From: Balanoglossus misakiensis
Lineage: Eukaryota > Animalia > Hemichordata
DNA: 64,000 nucleotides
NCBI GenBank assembly: GCA_040954595.2
Contig: CM082579.2
Coordinates: 8,731,625 to 8,795,624 of the forward strand
Direction: 5' to 3'
Shown: positions 52,101 through 64,000 of the stretch, in pieces
How positions within the stretch are numbered: the first letter of the stretch is position 1
Layout of the letters: each line of letters opens with the position of its first letter
Position numbers and translations under genes: made by a program
Notes under the pieces: model-generated
The model's database searches: none
The model's input: the letters and a program-made list of their open reading frames with translations, nothing else
What the model was told of the DNA's origin: nothing

Positions 52101-52557
52101 GCGTTTGGAGGGTTGGGACTAAAATTTAAAAGCCAAAATTGAGGGTCACCTGTGACACCTGCTTATCTCATTAATTATGTGCATACCTAATTCCAGGCCA
52201 ACCAATAGGACTAGAGGTTTGATTTTTGCTGAACATGAACCAGTATGGGGTCAAAATTTCTTGCCCAAATTTTGGGTGACCTCAGGTGACCTTTGACCTA
52301 CTTTACGATATCTCGGCATGCACAGCAGCTACAGCCTTGGCATTTGGAGGGATGGAACTCCTGATGGAGCCTTACACTTTACCTCATTAATTATGCACAT
52401 ACATAATTGTAGGCGAACCAATAGGGCTAGAGATTTTTTTCTTGTGGGACACGGACCAGTATGGGGTCAAAGTTTTTTGCCCAAATTTTGGGTGACCACT
52501 TATGACCTTTGACCTTCGGCTTAAGCTTGGGCCCGTCATCGCTGCTTGCAGCTATAT
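49106..52557 (+). mobile_element. Nested/tandem family-B HINE-like cluster: two heads, three near-identical ~1.1-kb bodies (ends 50325, 51437, 52557)
   Basis: Heads at 49106 and 49163; three bodies starting (t)ncttgtgtagtttttttgctcaggtagatc and ending gggcccgtcatcgctgcttgcagctatat; explains the repeated 64-aa ORFs. Confidence 0.85.
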
Positions 52558-53580
52558 TTCATGCATTTATTTGTTCAGTTACCCTGTCAGCAGCAGTTGG
52601 GCATACATACATATCTGACTGGTTAGTTTTTACACACACACGCACACACACATTCTCTAGCCCTGGAGGCTAATGATCACATCAAGGTCAACCCAGACAG
52701 GGGTCACCCTGAAATGTAAGGGTCTTCTCTAACATAAAACCTCCCACAGTCGGCAAAAGAAAAAAAATCCCATCCTGTGGCTTTTTTCAAGGTCTGGTGT
52801 TGTATTCTGATTTTTTTTTTAATTCCATGTACATGTACGCCATTATTATAATGTAGCAATTTGCTTACATCCTGCATTATGACATATATAAAGGTGGTAT
52901 CTTGGCTGTTGCCCAAGGGTGGGCTGGTTTCTTCTTTTATTTTTATACCACACAGGAAGCATTAGTGGTGTTCTTTGCGGTGTTTTATAGCCGTTGCAAT
53001 CACCAGTCGGTCAGACTGGGATGTCTGCCGACAATTGTGCGTATATATACGCGACACGAAACGACACGGCGATAAAATAGTAACAGGTCACCGAGGAGGT
53101 CAGAGAGCAGTTGTCAGACCGCCTGCGTGTATACCAACGACCGCTGCTTTCTCCTTCTATTTTCGATTCCTTTTCTTTTTGCACAAGAGTGTCCCGGCGC
53201 TGTTGTTGTTCTATTGCATGGACCGTTCACTGGAGGCTTTTTTTTGTTGTTGCATTTTTTATTTGGCACCCACACAAATACCGGAGTGTTGCGTGTCTAC
53301 AGACAATCTGTTGGGTGACGCAGCTTGCATTGAAGAGCAGGGAAGCATTTAACAATGTGTGTCTGTTGATCAGTGTGTCGGAGAGGTCCCGTGTAAGCCG
53401 ATAGCTTACTAGGTTTGTTTTTGGCCACCGCAACTGCATCAAATGTTGGGGATGGTGTAAATAATATTACAGAATTATTACTTTGACTATACATGAAGCT
53501 TGATGCTTTTAATTTTTTCCCCACAAATCAATTGTGATATATCAGGCTTATCAAAAAATCGCTTGTCGTTAATCATAGTA

Positions 53581-53700
53581 TGAGTGAATGAATGAATGAA
53601 TGAATGAATGAATGAATGAATGGATGGATGGATGGATGGATGGATGTATGAATGAATGAATGAATGAATGAATGAATGAATGAATGAATGAATGAATGAA
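53581..53700. repeat. Compound (GAAT)n(GGAT)n(GAAT)n microsatellite
   Basis: Seen directly. Confidence 0.95.
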
Positions 53701-56700
53701 GAAATAAGTAAAATGCAAAGACATTGTAATTTTTTCATAACAGTAAAATCATTCAGCATGATTGATGATGGCTTCCAAACCTGTGATAAACGTGCACATC
53801 TGTGCAGCCTCATAATATAAGTCCATCAATTTTAAGATTGTTATATTCCTGTAAATAATGTTATGTATCCATGAAAAGCAATAAGACCTCATTACAAAAA
53901 TCGGTTACACTGTGCATACCGCATGCTGTCTGTTTAAGAAATATGAGACTCCCTCTGTCAATGATTTGCAAGTATAAGTGCAAGAATATGTTTTTATATT
54001 TATCTAGAAATTTATAGATATTTTAAAATTATGTTAATAATTAGGAAGGTGTAATAATTTTGTAATTAAAAGATTAACGAATGGTATTTGTGGGGAAAAG
54101 GTAACCATTGGGGAAGGCTGTATTGGATTATATGTATTATTCACAAGTGACAACGATAAAATACATGTTGCTATCAAAATATAGGGTGAGTACCTTATCA
54201 TTGCAATCACTAAATACTGTACCAGATTTGTACGGAATTGTTGTGCGAGGTCAAGGGGATTTTAATGACAAAATACTGTACATCAGTTTACAGCTACGTG
54301 GACATACTACTCCCCCTCCCCTCTTACTTTGAACTCCTGCTAAAATATAACTCTGACATGTACACTACTGTATGTGTATTTGCACAAAGGCATTGTTTTT
54401 CCTTTTTGTCTGATTGTATTCTGATCCATGTTTTATTACCAAGAATGCATTGGTCCCCAGTATCAAACAAGGTATTTCGGTGTCAAAGGTGGAAAAAAAA
54501 ACATGACACTTATTTGTGTCTAGACTTCATTGCATTATTGAAGATGTACAATGTATGAACTCATTTGAACACTTGACTTTTGCCATCGTTACTAATTCAA
54601 TATCCAAGAGTTAAATTTTGATGCAGACAGTAACATAAATCAGAATGTTTTTTGCCCTGGAAATTGAATATTTATGCCCAATTCTACGCATTATTATATA
54701 TAATGCAGACATAGTTCATAAGATTGTCGTATGAATTTCAGAGGCAAACACAGAGACTTGAATCAATATTGCATCGGTCGATAACATGTTATTGACCCAT
54801 GGCTAAGGTCAAAGACATTTCATTCACCCCTTGATAACCCTAAGCACGACACTCTTTTAATCTGGGATAGACTGAAAAAAATTGTGACGTGACTATTTTC
54901 AGCTGTGTTGGTGTAAACAGCTGTGGTGCTTCCTTGTGGAAATGTATCACAACATTTCGTTTGGTGGATTGTGAGTTGGAGAGCTCACCGTGTAATATCG
55001 CGTGTAATTAGTAAATATGTCGGGCTTTTGCTTTAATTGTCAACAGACCGACCAGTCATCAGTCACCCATTCCCCGTCCATGCAGGAACATGTCTTTCTC
55101 TGCTGTCATCTGAAGCATTGTTGCTTGTTTCGGAAACTGTTCAGTCGATATCCCTCCCCCCCTTCCCAGGTACACGGCCATCTGTCTCCACCCCCTCCCC
55201 CACCTCCACCGTTTTGTAATGAATAATTAAAAGCCATGTCAAATGGGGCGAATTAGTTGTTTTAATGCAGTGTATAAAAAGAAACGGCAGGCTGGCTAAG
55301 TGATCATTTGCGGTATTTGTTTTGGCTAGACCCATACATTACGCACATTACATTACGCAATGTTGGGCCCCTTTTATAAACGTTAACAATAGCAGCAGTG
55401 GCAGCTGATGAGTGGGCCCTAGTCGGGCTTCCGACACCCAGAATCACTATGTCACGTTTGCCATAAAAGCTTTCAAGCCTAATCCAGTCTCTCTGGAATG
55501 TCAAGATTTTTTTTAAACACTCTTTTCTCTCTCTCTTAAAATGAATAACCGTCTTGTTTTACAACGTTACTTGTTTGTATCCTGTCAATTTATGTGAGAT
55601 ATCCATTTACCTGATGGTTTTGGAGTTGGAGTGGGCCGTAGACTTGTAACAGTGGCACACACCTACATGGAGGAACGATTTACGCTATTTACTAATAGTC
55701 TATGCAGATCCTGGCAAAATAGGGTCAAGCTTGTACCATTCAATGGACGAAAAAGACGTAGCAAAAATAAGCAGGGGAAGTATAATTGGAGCTGTTTGAT
55801 GTGGGATGTAGCAGTTAGCACTGTGCCACAGTTATGGGGAAATTTGCTGATGTAAGGAAATTGTCTCAATGTACTGAACATAAGTACGAGCCATTTAAGG
55901 AAATCTTTTTTTGCTGGAAGCTATAATGCAGAAAGAGCTCTCCAAAGTGAACAGGGGTCAGAAAACGACATCTTGTCCTCTCCTACTTGTAGTAGGGATT
56001 ACCATCAGAAATGGTTCACCTCACTTCTGCCGTTGATCAACAGTCTTAGCATGTCACCATAAGCCGGTACATGGCAGCGAGGGCACTCAGTATTCCAGGT
56101 GTTGCATATCGCGTAATATAATACACAGATATAATAATCTCCGATAGCCTGCATGTAGCTGGCTGGCTGGCATGAGACAGTGATTTTGGCTCGCCTGTGC
56201 CAGTCCACTGAATTACATGTATGTCCGAGTCCCCAACATCAATCGTTATTTTATCGTGGTGCATGATCAGCTACCTGTCTGTGGTGTCGATGGTCTCTGA
56301 TAGTCGCAGGTAATGGTACTTTCTCCAGAGCATTGGCAGGAGTTGTGGGCCGTGTGGATATCACCTGGGAGTCCTCAGTCTGATTTAGTGTTGCGAGGTG
56401 TTTTTGTTGGATAACTGTATGCAAGGAGAACTGTCAACAGTGTCTGTCAACAGGATTTCCAGTATCTGTTCACTGTACCGGTAGTCAGGAATCTGTGTGT
56501 TCGATTTCCTGATCGCTGCATTATGTTTCACAGTCATAATGTCATGCAGTAAAAGTATGAGATTAGCAAAACCTCCTGCAGAACAAATTAACATGACAGT
56601 CAGTCAGTCAGAAAGTGCGATCCACTGTTGATCAGGTGCCAGGTTCTTTTCATGGCTGAGAATACTAGTAGTGTAAACAGAATCGACGTTTTTCTGATGC

Positions 56701-56703
56701 TTA

Positions 56704-56775
56704 ATAACCCTTTGCACTCTGACACCCTGGTGACCTTTATGATGTCATTTCAGAAAGCCGGGTTCAAAGGATTAA
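56704..56775. mobile_element. Possible degenerate piggyBac-like MITE relic
   Basis: ataa-CCCTTTGCAC...GTTCAAAGGA-TTAA; imperfect TIRs and one imperfect TTAA. Confidence 0.3.
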
Positions 56776-59700
56776 ACTTTAAAAATTTTGAGCAAGTGAG
56801 GCTTAGTTAGACTATGTTGCAGGTCCATTAGTTGCAGTGTTGGAAACAGAACTAGACAACTTGTTTTGACAGATTATGTTGTCACTTGCAGACACTTTTT
56901 ATCCACGTGTAAGTGTTTAGGTACCTGGTAGGTGGCAGCCTGAGTATAAGTTGCTTCTATTCTTGACACCCCAGCCAGCCTGTCTCAATTATGACAGTAG
57001 GGAACATATAAACTTATGAAGATTATTTGGCTGTATTATGATGCTACTACTGAGGCAATAAAATTCATCAACAGAGGGGGTCTCTTGCCCTTATATTGTG
57101 TTTTTATACTTAATGCAACCATTTCTCTTACCTGTTATTTTCCCCCTCCCAATACAGTGCCATTATAATTTTTTATAATCAGGGATTTTTTTTATCATTT
57201 TTTGTGTAATTGACTCCCGCAGGACTTGATTCCCCTATCTTATCATTGTCATTCCAGTTGAGTTTTATCGGTAGATATCTCTTTCAAGCATGTATATGGA
57301 TTTACTGAAGGGTGCTATGATCCGTCTTAACTCACTGAGATGGCCTGTTAGTGCAGCGAGCTCCATTTTAATGAGCGCTTCCTCCTAGAATCATTTATGT
57401 CAGTTCTGTTTTCTTTTTGTTGTCTTTTGCTTTCGTGCGACTGGAGATTTCGGTCACGTTGGGCGCAGTGTGGTCAAACCGTGTGTTTATTGTTGGAACC
57501 AGACACCTTTGAAATCAACAATAATCATAACACAATGAACTTGGGTCAGAAGCAGTGAAAATCTAACAAAGCAGCGGATTATTTCGCTGCCGTTACCTGC
57601 TTCTCTTGAGGTTTCTTTTCCCAAACTTCCATTGCAAAAAAAAATACGCATCCATCACTCTTCCAGCGATTACCGCGCAATTCAATTTGCATATTTATGA
57701 GTGGAATGAGTGATGGTGGTGATGATGATGATGGCGCTTTCATTGTCACCTCAACGGAGATCTGTGCTGGATGGTAATACCCAAATAATGATTGGCAGTC
57801 ACTGTTCTCATTTTCAGAAAAAATTAGCGGTCCAATATTACCGTTGTGTTTTCATTTGAAATGCTCTCGGTCGCCAAATGCCGTGTCTTCTGATTGTTTC
57901 GAATTATGAAAATAAGTTAAAAAAAAAAAAAAATATTTTGTTTAAGTTATCTTGCCCTCCCCTCTCCTTCTTTGCCGACTTGATTAAACGGCAAGATCTG
58001 TTTGGTCTCAGAAATCTGGTGCTACACTCTGCTGTCCTGTACGTCTAATGGTGATCCGTCTAAATCCTCTGAAATTGTACTTAAAAGAAGAACTCGCGAA
58101 GATACACACACATAAAAACATGCCAGTCTGTCGTTTCTTCTGAAGATCACACACAGAGTTCTTGTCGGGGTAATTCCTCCACTCGAGCTGCGATGAAATC
58201 GCATATTCCTGTCAAGTGCTTCCAGCACTGAAACTCGATTTCTAAAATTGACTTCAAAACGTTAACCACTAAGGAAGATATTTCAATTAGTCTCCCTTGT
58301 TTGACATCTTTGTGCTGTTGAGGTATGACAGCACCGGTTGCCATGGAAACGCATTCGTAGCTACTTTCACGCACCCCAACCTCTTTCATGAAGCAGTATT
58401 GCCACTCTCAGCGAATTTTGAACTGAGAAATATTCTGAAATATGTTTTTCTGTTTTCATGCACAGATGATTATTTATTGCATGTTTTTTTAAGAGGTTGA
58501 TTTAAAGGCCTTGGGAATTACCTGGGGATTTTTTTTTTTTTAGGTTCTGTCACTTGTTCTCACTCACACTTCACTAGGCATCAACTGAAATTAGATATGG
58601 ATAAAGTGACAAAAATGCAATTACCAAGCAGTTTTCAACTCGGCCAGCTTGGGTGTTTGTTAAATTGATTTTCCATCAGGGTTGTAAAAGAGATGTATTT
58701 CAATCTGCCACAAACAGAGATGGACAATATCTGGGAAATTACTTCACGGTCCGATTTAATAAGTCTCGGCTGTTTAATATTGTGTTGTTGGGGAGGGGAG
58801 GGGGCATTTCTGGGATTAATTTTGTGATGTGGGGAGGGGAGGGGGTATTTCTGGGTAGGGTGGGACTTGCACAGGCAAAGTCTTTGCACTTTGTCTTTGC
58901 GTTGAATAAAAAAAATGTCATATGTGGTGCTGGTTCGTGTGTGAGTATTCCGTGCTTTAATGTTAATTGGTGTGGGAATTTGTCGGTTTAGTGACCGAGC
59001 GCTGACCAAATTTATCCGGTTCAAGAAAAACGAAAAGCGAAAAGGGTGACAGGCAGACGGAGAGACTGACAGCCTGTGCCGAGTCTAAACATCGCAGCTT
59101 AAGGCTACGCGGCTCTAAATAGCAGAGGCATGATGTTACCATAGATACGGGCGATGTTAAAGAGACGGGGAGTGAAAAATGACCAGGCAGCGGGATCATT
59201 AATCAAGGGTCTGCAAAGAGGAGAATCTGTTTTATCGTAAAGGAAATTCAATAGCGGGGAAAGGGGAAGGGAGAAAAAAAACACAGGGGGAAAATAATCG
59301 GGAACGCGTCGTGGGTTTGTTTGACTGCGAGAGAGATGCAGTGGGCATCTCGGTAATTGCCCCCTCATTCAGAGCGCATACAAGCTCATATCCGGGAGAT
59401 GAAATCGCACGTAGTCGCACTATCAATCATAAAGCCGTCTCTCACCTGCCCAAGCCTTGTCCAGACTAGAAGTACGATAGATCTTAGCTGCCCCCTGCAA
59501 GTAGTCAGACATGCAGATCTGTCCCCGATAGCTCGCTCATCAGAGGTGTGGGATGCTGTGATGTGTCGATGTTTTCAGTTTATCTCCATCTATTCTCATC
59601 TCTCCTATCCTGTCATCAATTATACACCCCCCCCCCCCCTTCAGGTTTAGTAGTGCAGCACTTTCGTGGCTAGCGGTTGATATTCAAAGTCACACCACTA

Positions 59701-62277
59701 AAATTTGCCCAAGCAAACCCCATGTAAAGTCATATCCAGTTGTGTAAAGTCACTTAGTAATCAGATACAATTGCAATAGTTACTAATGAGTCACAGACAG
59801 GACAAATAAAAGGATACTCAAACTGCCCATCTATTGTCAGCAAAACAAATAAAAGTCCCACGTAAAGTAAATGTTAGTTTTATAAATTTCTGCAGGTAAT
59901 GGAAAGTTTCCAACCGGTAGTATCTGGGTCTTAAAAATCTGAACGTTTTTTTTTCCCCATTTCAAAGTGCAGTTCTATTATTTTCTTTGCTTATAAATGC
60001 CAAGTTTTTTAAATGAGAAGCTTTTTATTTCAATCATTTATTCAGCTTGTTTGTACTAACGTGTTCACTGTTTTGAAATAATCCATGGTCTAATATTTCA
60101 AACATATTGATGACAGTGTGTCTGCCTGCTGAGGATATAAAATTGAGAGCAGGGTAACCCCATATGAGATAGACCATTAACCTCTATAGGTACAGACTGC
60201 CCTGTCACCCTTAATTTGTTGGTTTTACTTCAGAATTGAACACACAAAATTCTTATCTGGAATAATCGTGTCTCACTATAAATAGTACAAAGTTTTGTAT
60301 TTACTAATATTTCTAGGAAAATGTGTAACAGTTAATGCTTTCTGTAGTTATAATGCCATGATAATACATGTACATCGGTCATAGGTCAAATATGAGGTTA
60401 AAGGTTGATAGCGTTAAGTGTGTATTTTTTACCTCAGTCTTCGAGTGTTTTGACAAGTATTGCAAGGTTTTCGGTTTGGAAAATTGTGTAGTACAAGTTG
60501 GATAAATTAAAATTGTATAGGAATGTAGACTGCTTTAAAATTTAACATGCCACAGTTGTGAAGGATCACATTGTTCGTGTGTTTGTTTTTCGTCTTTTGA
60601 CGTGACGGTTCGGTCACACCTGTGTCTGACACAAAAAGATACCACACACATGATCTGTCGTCACGAACGAAAATGCGTTTCCCCGGCTGCACGTGCAGGA
60701 ATCGGTGCCCTGTTAACTTAAGAAATAAAATCGACCGGTCCCGGTGGAAAATCTATTTCTCTTTCCCACCTCTGTTGACTCTACAGTGATGGTCGTGACT
60801 TTGATCGTGAGAACTACCAGTTAGACATTCTCAGTGAGCAAATACTAATGTGTGAGAAGTCAGCTGTGTTAGGGGGGAAGGCTGTTATATCCACTCTTGA
60901 TGTTACACAAGTCTGTTTGCGGATTGTGCCAAGTCCGTGAATAGCTCAGGCCCGAGTGTGTTTACTGTGAGGATTTGAAAGCTCCCTGCTCCAGTGTTGC
61001 TGTTTGCCGGGATTTCCAAGAGTTATTGTTGGCTCTGCCAAAGCCACACTTAAAAGAAGTTTGCAAAACACCGCCCGTGGACAATGCCATGCCGACAAGT
61101 ATCTTACATAATCTGTCAGCAAAATAAATGCTGTTCTCTCTCCCAACACGTATTGATTTCTTGGATTTGTGTGTGCTCATCACAAAAAAAATGTAATAGG
61201 GAACACTGCTGAAATATAGCTGAGCCCAAATGTCTTGTCTGTTTTTCCAGGTGTTGCAGAATATGACACGCACAAAAAATAAAATAAAAGATTCGTAGAG
61301 TGTCCATATAACAAGCTTTTCGAAACAAAATGTATACAGCTGATGTGTCTATTTGCTTCAGATTACAGTGTCACAAGTGTCAAATTAAATTTAGTTTACT
61401 CATTTAGACTACAAATCCGGGGAAAAGTGACCCAAATTACAGAAGCTTTGTAAAGATGAGTACCGGGGTACTTATACATGTATGAGTGAGAATCTTGTCT
61501 ATGTGTCCCAGATATCTGACACCACTCAAAACAATACAGTACACTGATTTTGTGCGATTGATGCATGATATATCTACTTCTGTGTGTGTTTGGTGGTGGT
61601 GTAGGTGGGGGGAGGGGGAATTGCTGACTGCAAGATAGGTAGTGCTAGTCCCTTGTTGCATGTCAACTGCCCCCACCCACCCACCCACACATACCAAGGG
61701 TGTCAGGTTTGAACTTTTCCAAAGTCAAGTCCCATCAAACCACCATTGACACTTGGCCATGACTCTGTGAAAAGAGGTGTTAATGGCCACTTGGATGTGA
61801 AAACAAAGAGAGCCCTGTGGTTTTCCCTGAAGTCAACCGGCCTATCATCTAGAGACCCATTGAACAATTATCAGCGCCCCCTGTCTTTGTTTATCTTTAA
61901 TTACACAGTCTCTCTTGTACTGTGTCCTCTATCCAAATAGCTTGTATCAGCTTTCTGAGGGAATGTGAGAAAATCCTGTAGTAAAGAGCATTGGCGACCT
62001 TCCACCTGATAAATGGGGTATCATAAGCAAGTTTTTAATTGCCCACTGTCAAAACACACACATTACAGGACAGGAGATCCCGTATGATAATGTGTGAATG
62101 GGCTTGCGTTGATTCATTGCAAAACTGTTATTGAAACAAAAACCCCAATCGCGGCCACCATTATTTCCTCTGTCTTGCATAATTTATGTCACATCTGCTG
62201 TAGCTAGCTGCGCAGTTCAATTGTGGAATGCTGGTAATTCGCCGAGACTGACTGAGGGTGCTAATCTAATTTGATCT

Positions 62278-62298
62278 CCCTCTCTCTCTCTCTCTCTC
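62278..62298. repeat. (CT)n microsatellite
   Basis: Seen directly. Confidence 0.9.
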
Positions 62299-64000
62299 AT
62301 CCTGATAGTGAAGTAGTCAGGGATGGATGATTAACTTGAATATTCATGCACTGGAACGCCGTGACAATTCAAATATGATTTACAGTTGCGCTGTGTTGCC
62401 AGTCGTTTCCGATGATCACAGAGTCGGTCTAATCACCGAGATCTCAGCGTTCACCTCGAGGAGTAGACTGATATGCAAAAAAACGACAGTCATAAGATTT
62501 CAAAAGAAAATTCAACCCTCAGTCTGCCGATAAATCACCTTTAATACTCGGGTAAAAATGTAATACAGACTGTGTGTTTTCTTATTTGCAAAATCAACAG
62601 AGTAATTTTGCTCGCTATCAGTCTCCTGGGGATACGACAGAGATATGTGGAAGATATCGCGTACATGTCCACCTGATCCCGTGTGTTAAACTCTCTACTA
62701 GTTTATTTATGCTGATCTATCATCAATGTACTTTATTCCCCCCCCCCCACCCAACTTTACGACAAATGATTTCAAATTGATTTGAAACAATTATTTTGTT
62801 GATATTGCTAAACTCCATTCAGCTTAAAATCAAACAGGCTTAAACTCTTTACATATTACATGAATATTTTCAATTATAATTTCTTCCATCACTGAATACA
62901 TTCCTGCTCTTGGGTTGGGAAGTGCCACTGTCAGCTAGGCTTCTTCGAGATATTTTTTAGGCACTATGATTTTATGTAGATTGCTTTCTTATTTCATTAT
63001 AATTTTTATATTTTAATTTTTATGTGTGATGTTCAGAGGATAGGCACTTCTTGTAGCTGTTGGTGACCTGAATAGAAACTGAATGAATGCACACGTGCAA
63101 ATAGTGTAAAAAAATACACAAATATCACACATATACATACATATTACATACATACATATATACATGATAGCAAAGTTGCTATAATTGTGTCAATCCATGT
63201 AAATTATCACTGATTCATAGAAATCAAACGTGATCCCTGTCACTTGCCTGAGTGAATCGTCATCATTCCCTCGAGGGTAAAACACCTCTAGCCGTTCCCT
63301 TCTTATAGTGCAAATTAATTAGCAACTGTGATCACCATCTTCCTAATCAACTCTGCCCGTTTATCCATCACTGGCGGCCATCTTTATTTTTTTTTATTTC
63401 TACATATCTTCTTTTCAGCGAGACAGGTTTTAATAACAATTCAGCCTGACCTCTGTGTGCTTTTTGTGGCATCAATCAGACACTGACGTGCCCCTGCTCG
63501 GAGAGAGAGGGACTACCATGAAATATACATGAGTGTTGTGGGAAGCCGTCTCAATAAACTTGGGTTCAGATGCCTGAGGCAAATCACAGTGGCAGTGGTA
63601 GAACAGGTCTGCCTATATATATACGTTGTGCCTGGTTGTGCTGTTTCCTGAGGGCAGGTGTGGCCTTCCCGCTACAAATTAGATGGCAATTAAAATTATC
63701 CCTGTTGATTGTCAGTGCTATGGTAGGGAAAAGTCTGCTACGTGTACGTGTCCATGTGCGTGTGCCCTCTCTAGAGATAGAGAGAGTAAGAGACAATGAA
63801 GAAAAGATTAGTGTTGAGGTCAAAGCATAACAGTTGCTAATAAATGCTCATCTGCAATTATCTGTTGATAGCCCTACAGGACCCCACAGACTTTGTCATT
63901 CATGATTTTGAATCAACCTGACATATACCAAAGTTGTAGTGGGCTGGCCATGTCCCGCCGTTACAGGATCTTTGCACATTGTATGCGTGTGTTAGTCCAA

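Noticed and set aside
50086-52512. Three near-identical 64-aa ORFs (also the 72-aa pair at 35660/37330) as a peptide gene family
   Set aside because: They are by-products of the repeated non-coding element bodies; the equivalent frame is altered in other copies.
35504-52557. Hairpin direct repeats and regular arrays as CRISPR or a prokaryotic system
   Set aside because: Heads occur only in pairs with no unique spacers, units are ~237 bp, there are no cas-like ORFs, and the context is a spliceosomal intron.
49101-52562. ttcat on both sides of the third cluster as a 5-bp target-site duplication
   Set aside because: No equivalent duplication flanks the other two clusters or the inner insertions; likely chance in T-rich DNA.
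57223-57275. Acceptor ttgactcccgcAG as the next AFF exon
   Set aside because: In the required phase it reads R-T-stop and does not encode the expected serine-rich region; no supporting evidence.
1-64000. The many short ORFs in the six-frame track as genes
   Set aside because: All are 157 aa or shorter, overlap on both strands, have low-complexity or microsatellite-derived composition and no recognisable domains. Only the first 20 codons of 38967-39164 are supported, as a spliced exon.

Overview
Eukaryotic (metazoan, probably invertebrate) genomic DNA, AT-rich and almost entirely intronic; none of the listed ORFs looks like a real single-exon gene. Five small + strand exons with canonical AG/GT splice sites and mutually compatible phases (5768-5860, 7293-7329, 12384-12438, 38966-39026, 41656-41705) splice into a stop-free peptide: EMTQTIDPLLTAIQTPNKGGELSKFPFSTTP-GKQSHVFRLFTH-EKTTDPSAVKANKMGQAAD-MSSSVNLFDDLEMSDSDDEQ-KASDGRQSNRTMLQSM. 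I recognise this as the ALF/ELL-binding region of an AF4/FMR2-family (AFF/lilliputian) super-elongation-complex scaffold; the gene starts and ends outside the window. The introns hold three clusters (35.5-38.7, 42.4-46.5, 49.1-52.6 kb) of non-autonomous Helentron/HINE-like elements with a 5' hairpin, a subterminal inverted repeat, a small 3' hairpin and an internal ~237-bp tandem unit. All three clusters are self-nested: stacked heads followed by stacked bodies. In two of them there is one more body than head, which suggests targeted self-insertion plus composite mobilisation. Most 237-bp units carry a triple nuclear-receptor half-site (DR4+DR1). Also present: a MITE inside one element, short piggyBac-like relics, microsatellites, CTCF-like motifs and CpG/TAAT-rich enhancer-like blocks. 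All coordinates and counts were read by eye, and homologies are from memory, not from searches.
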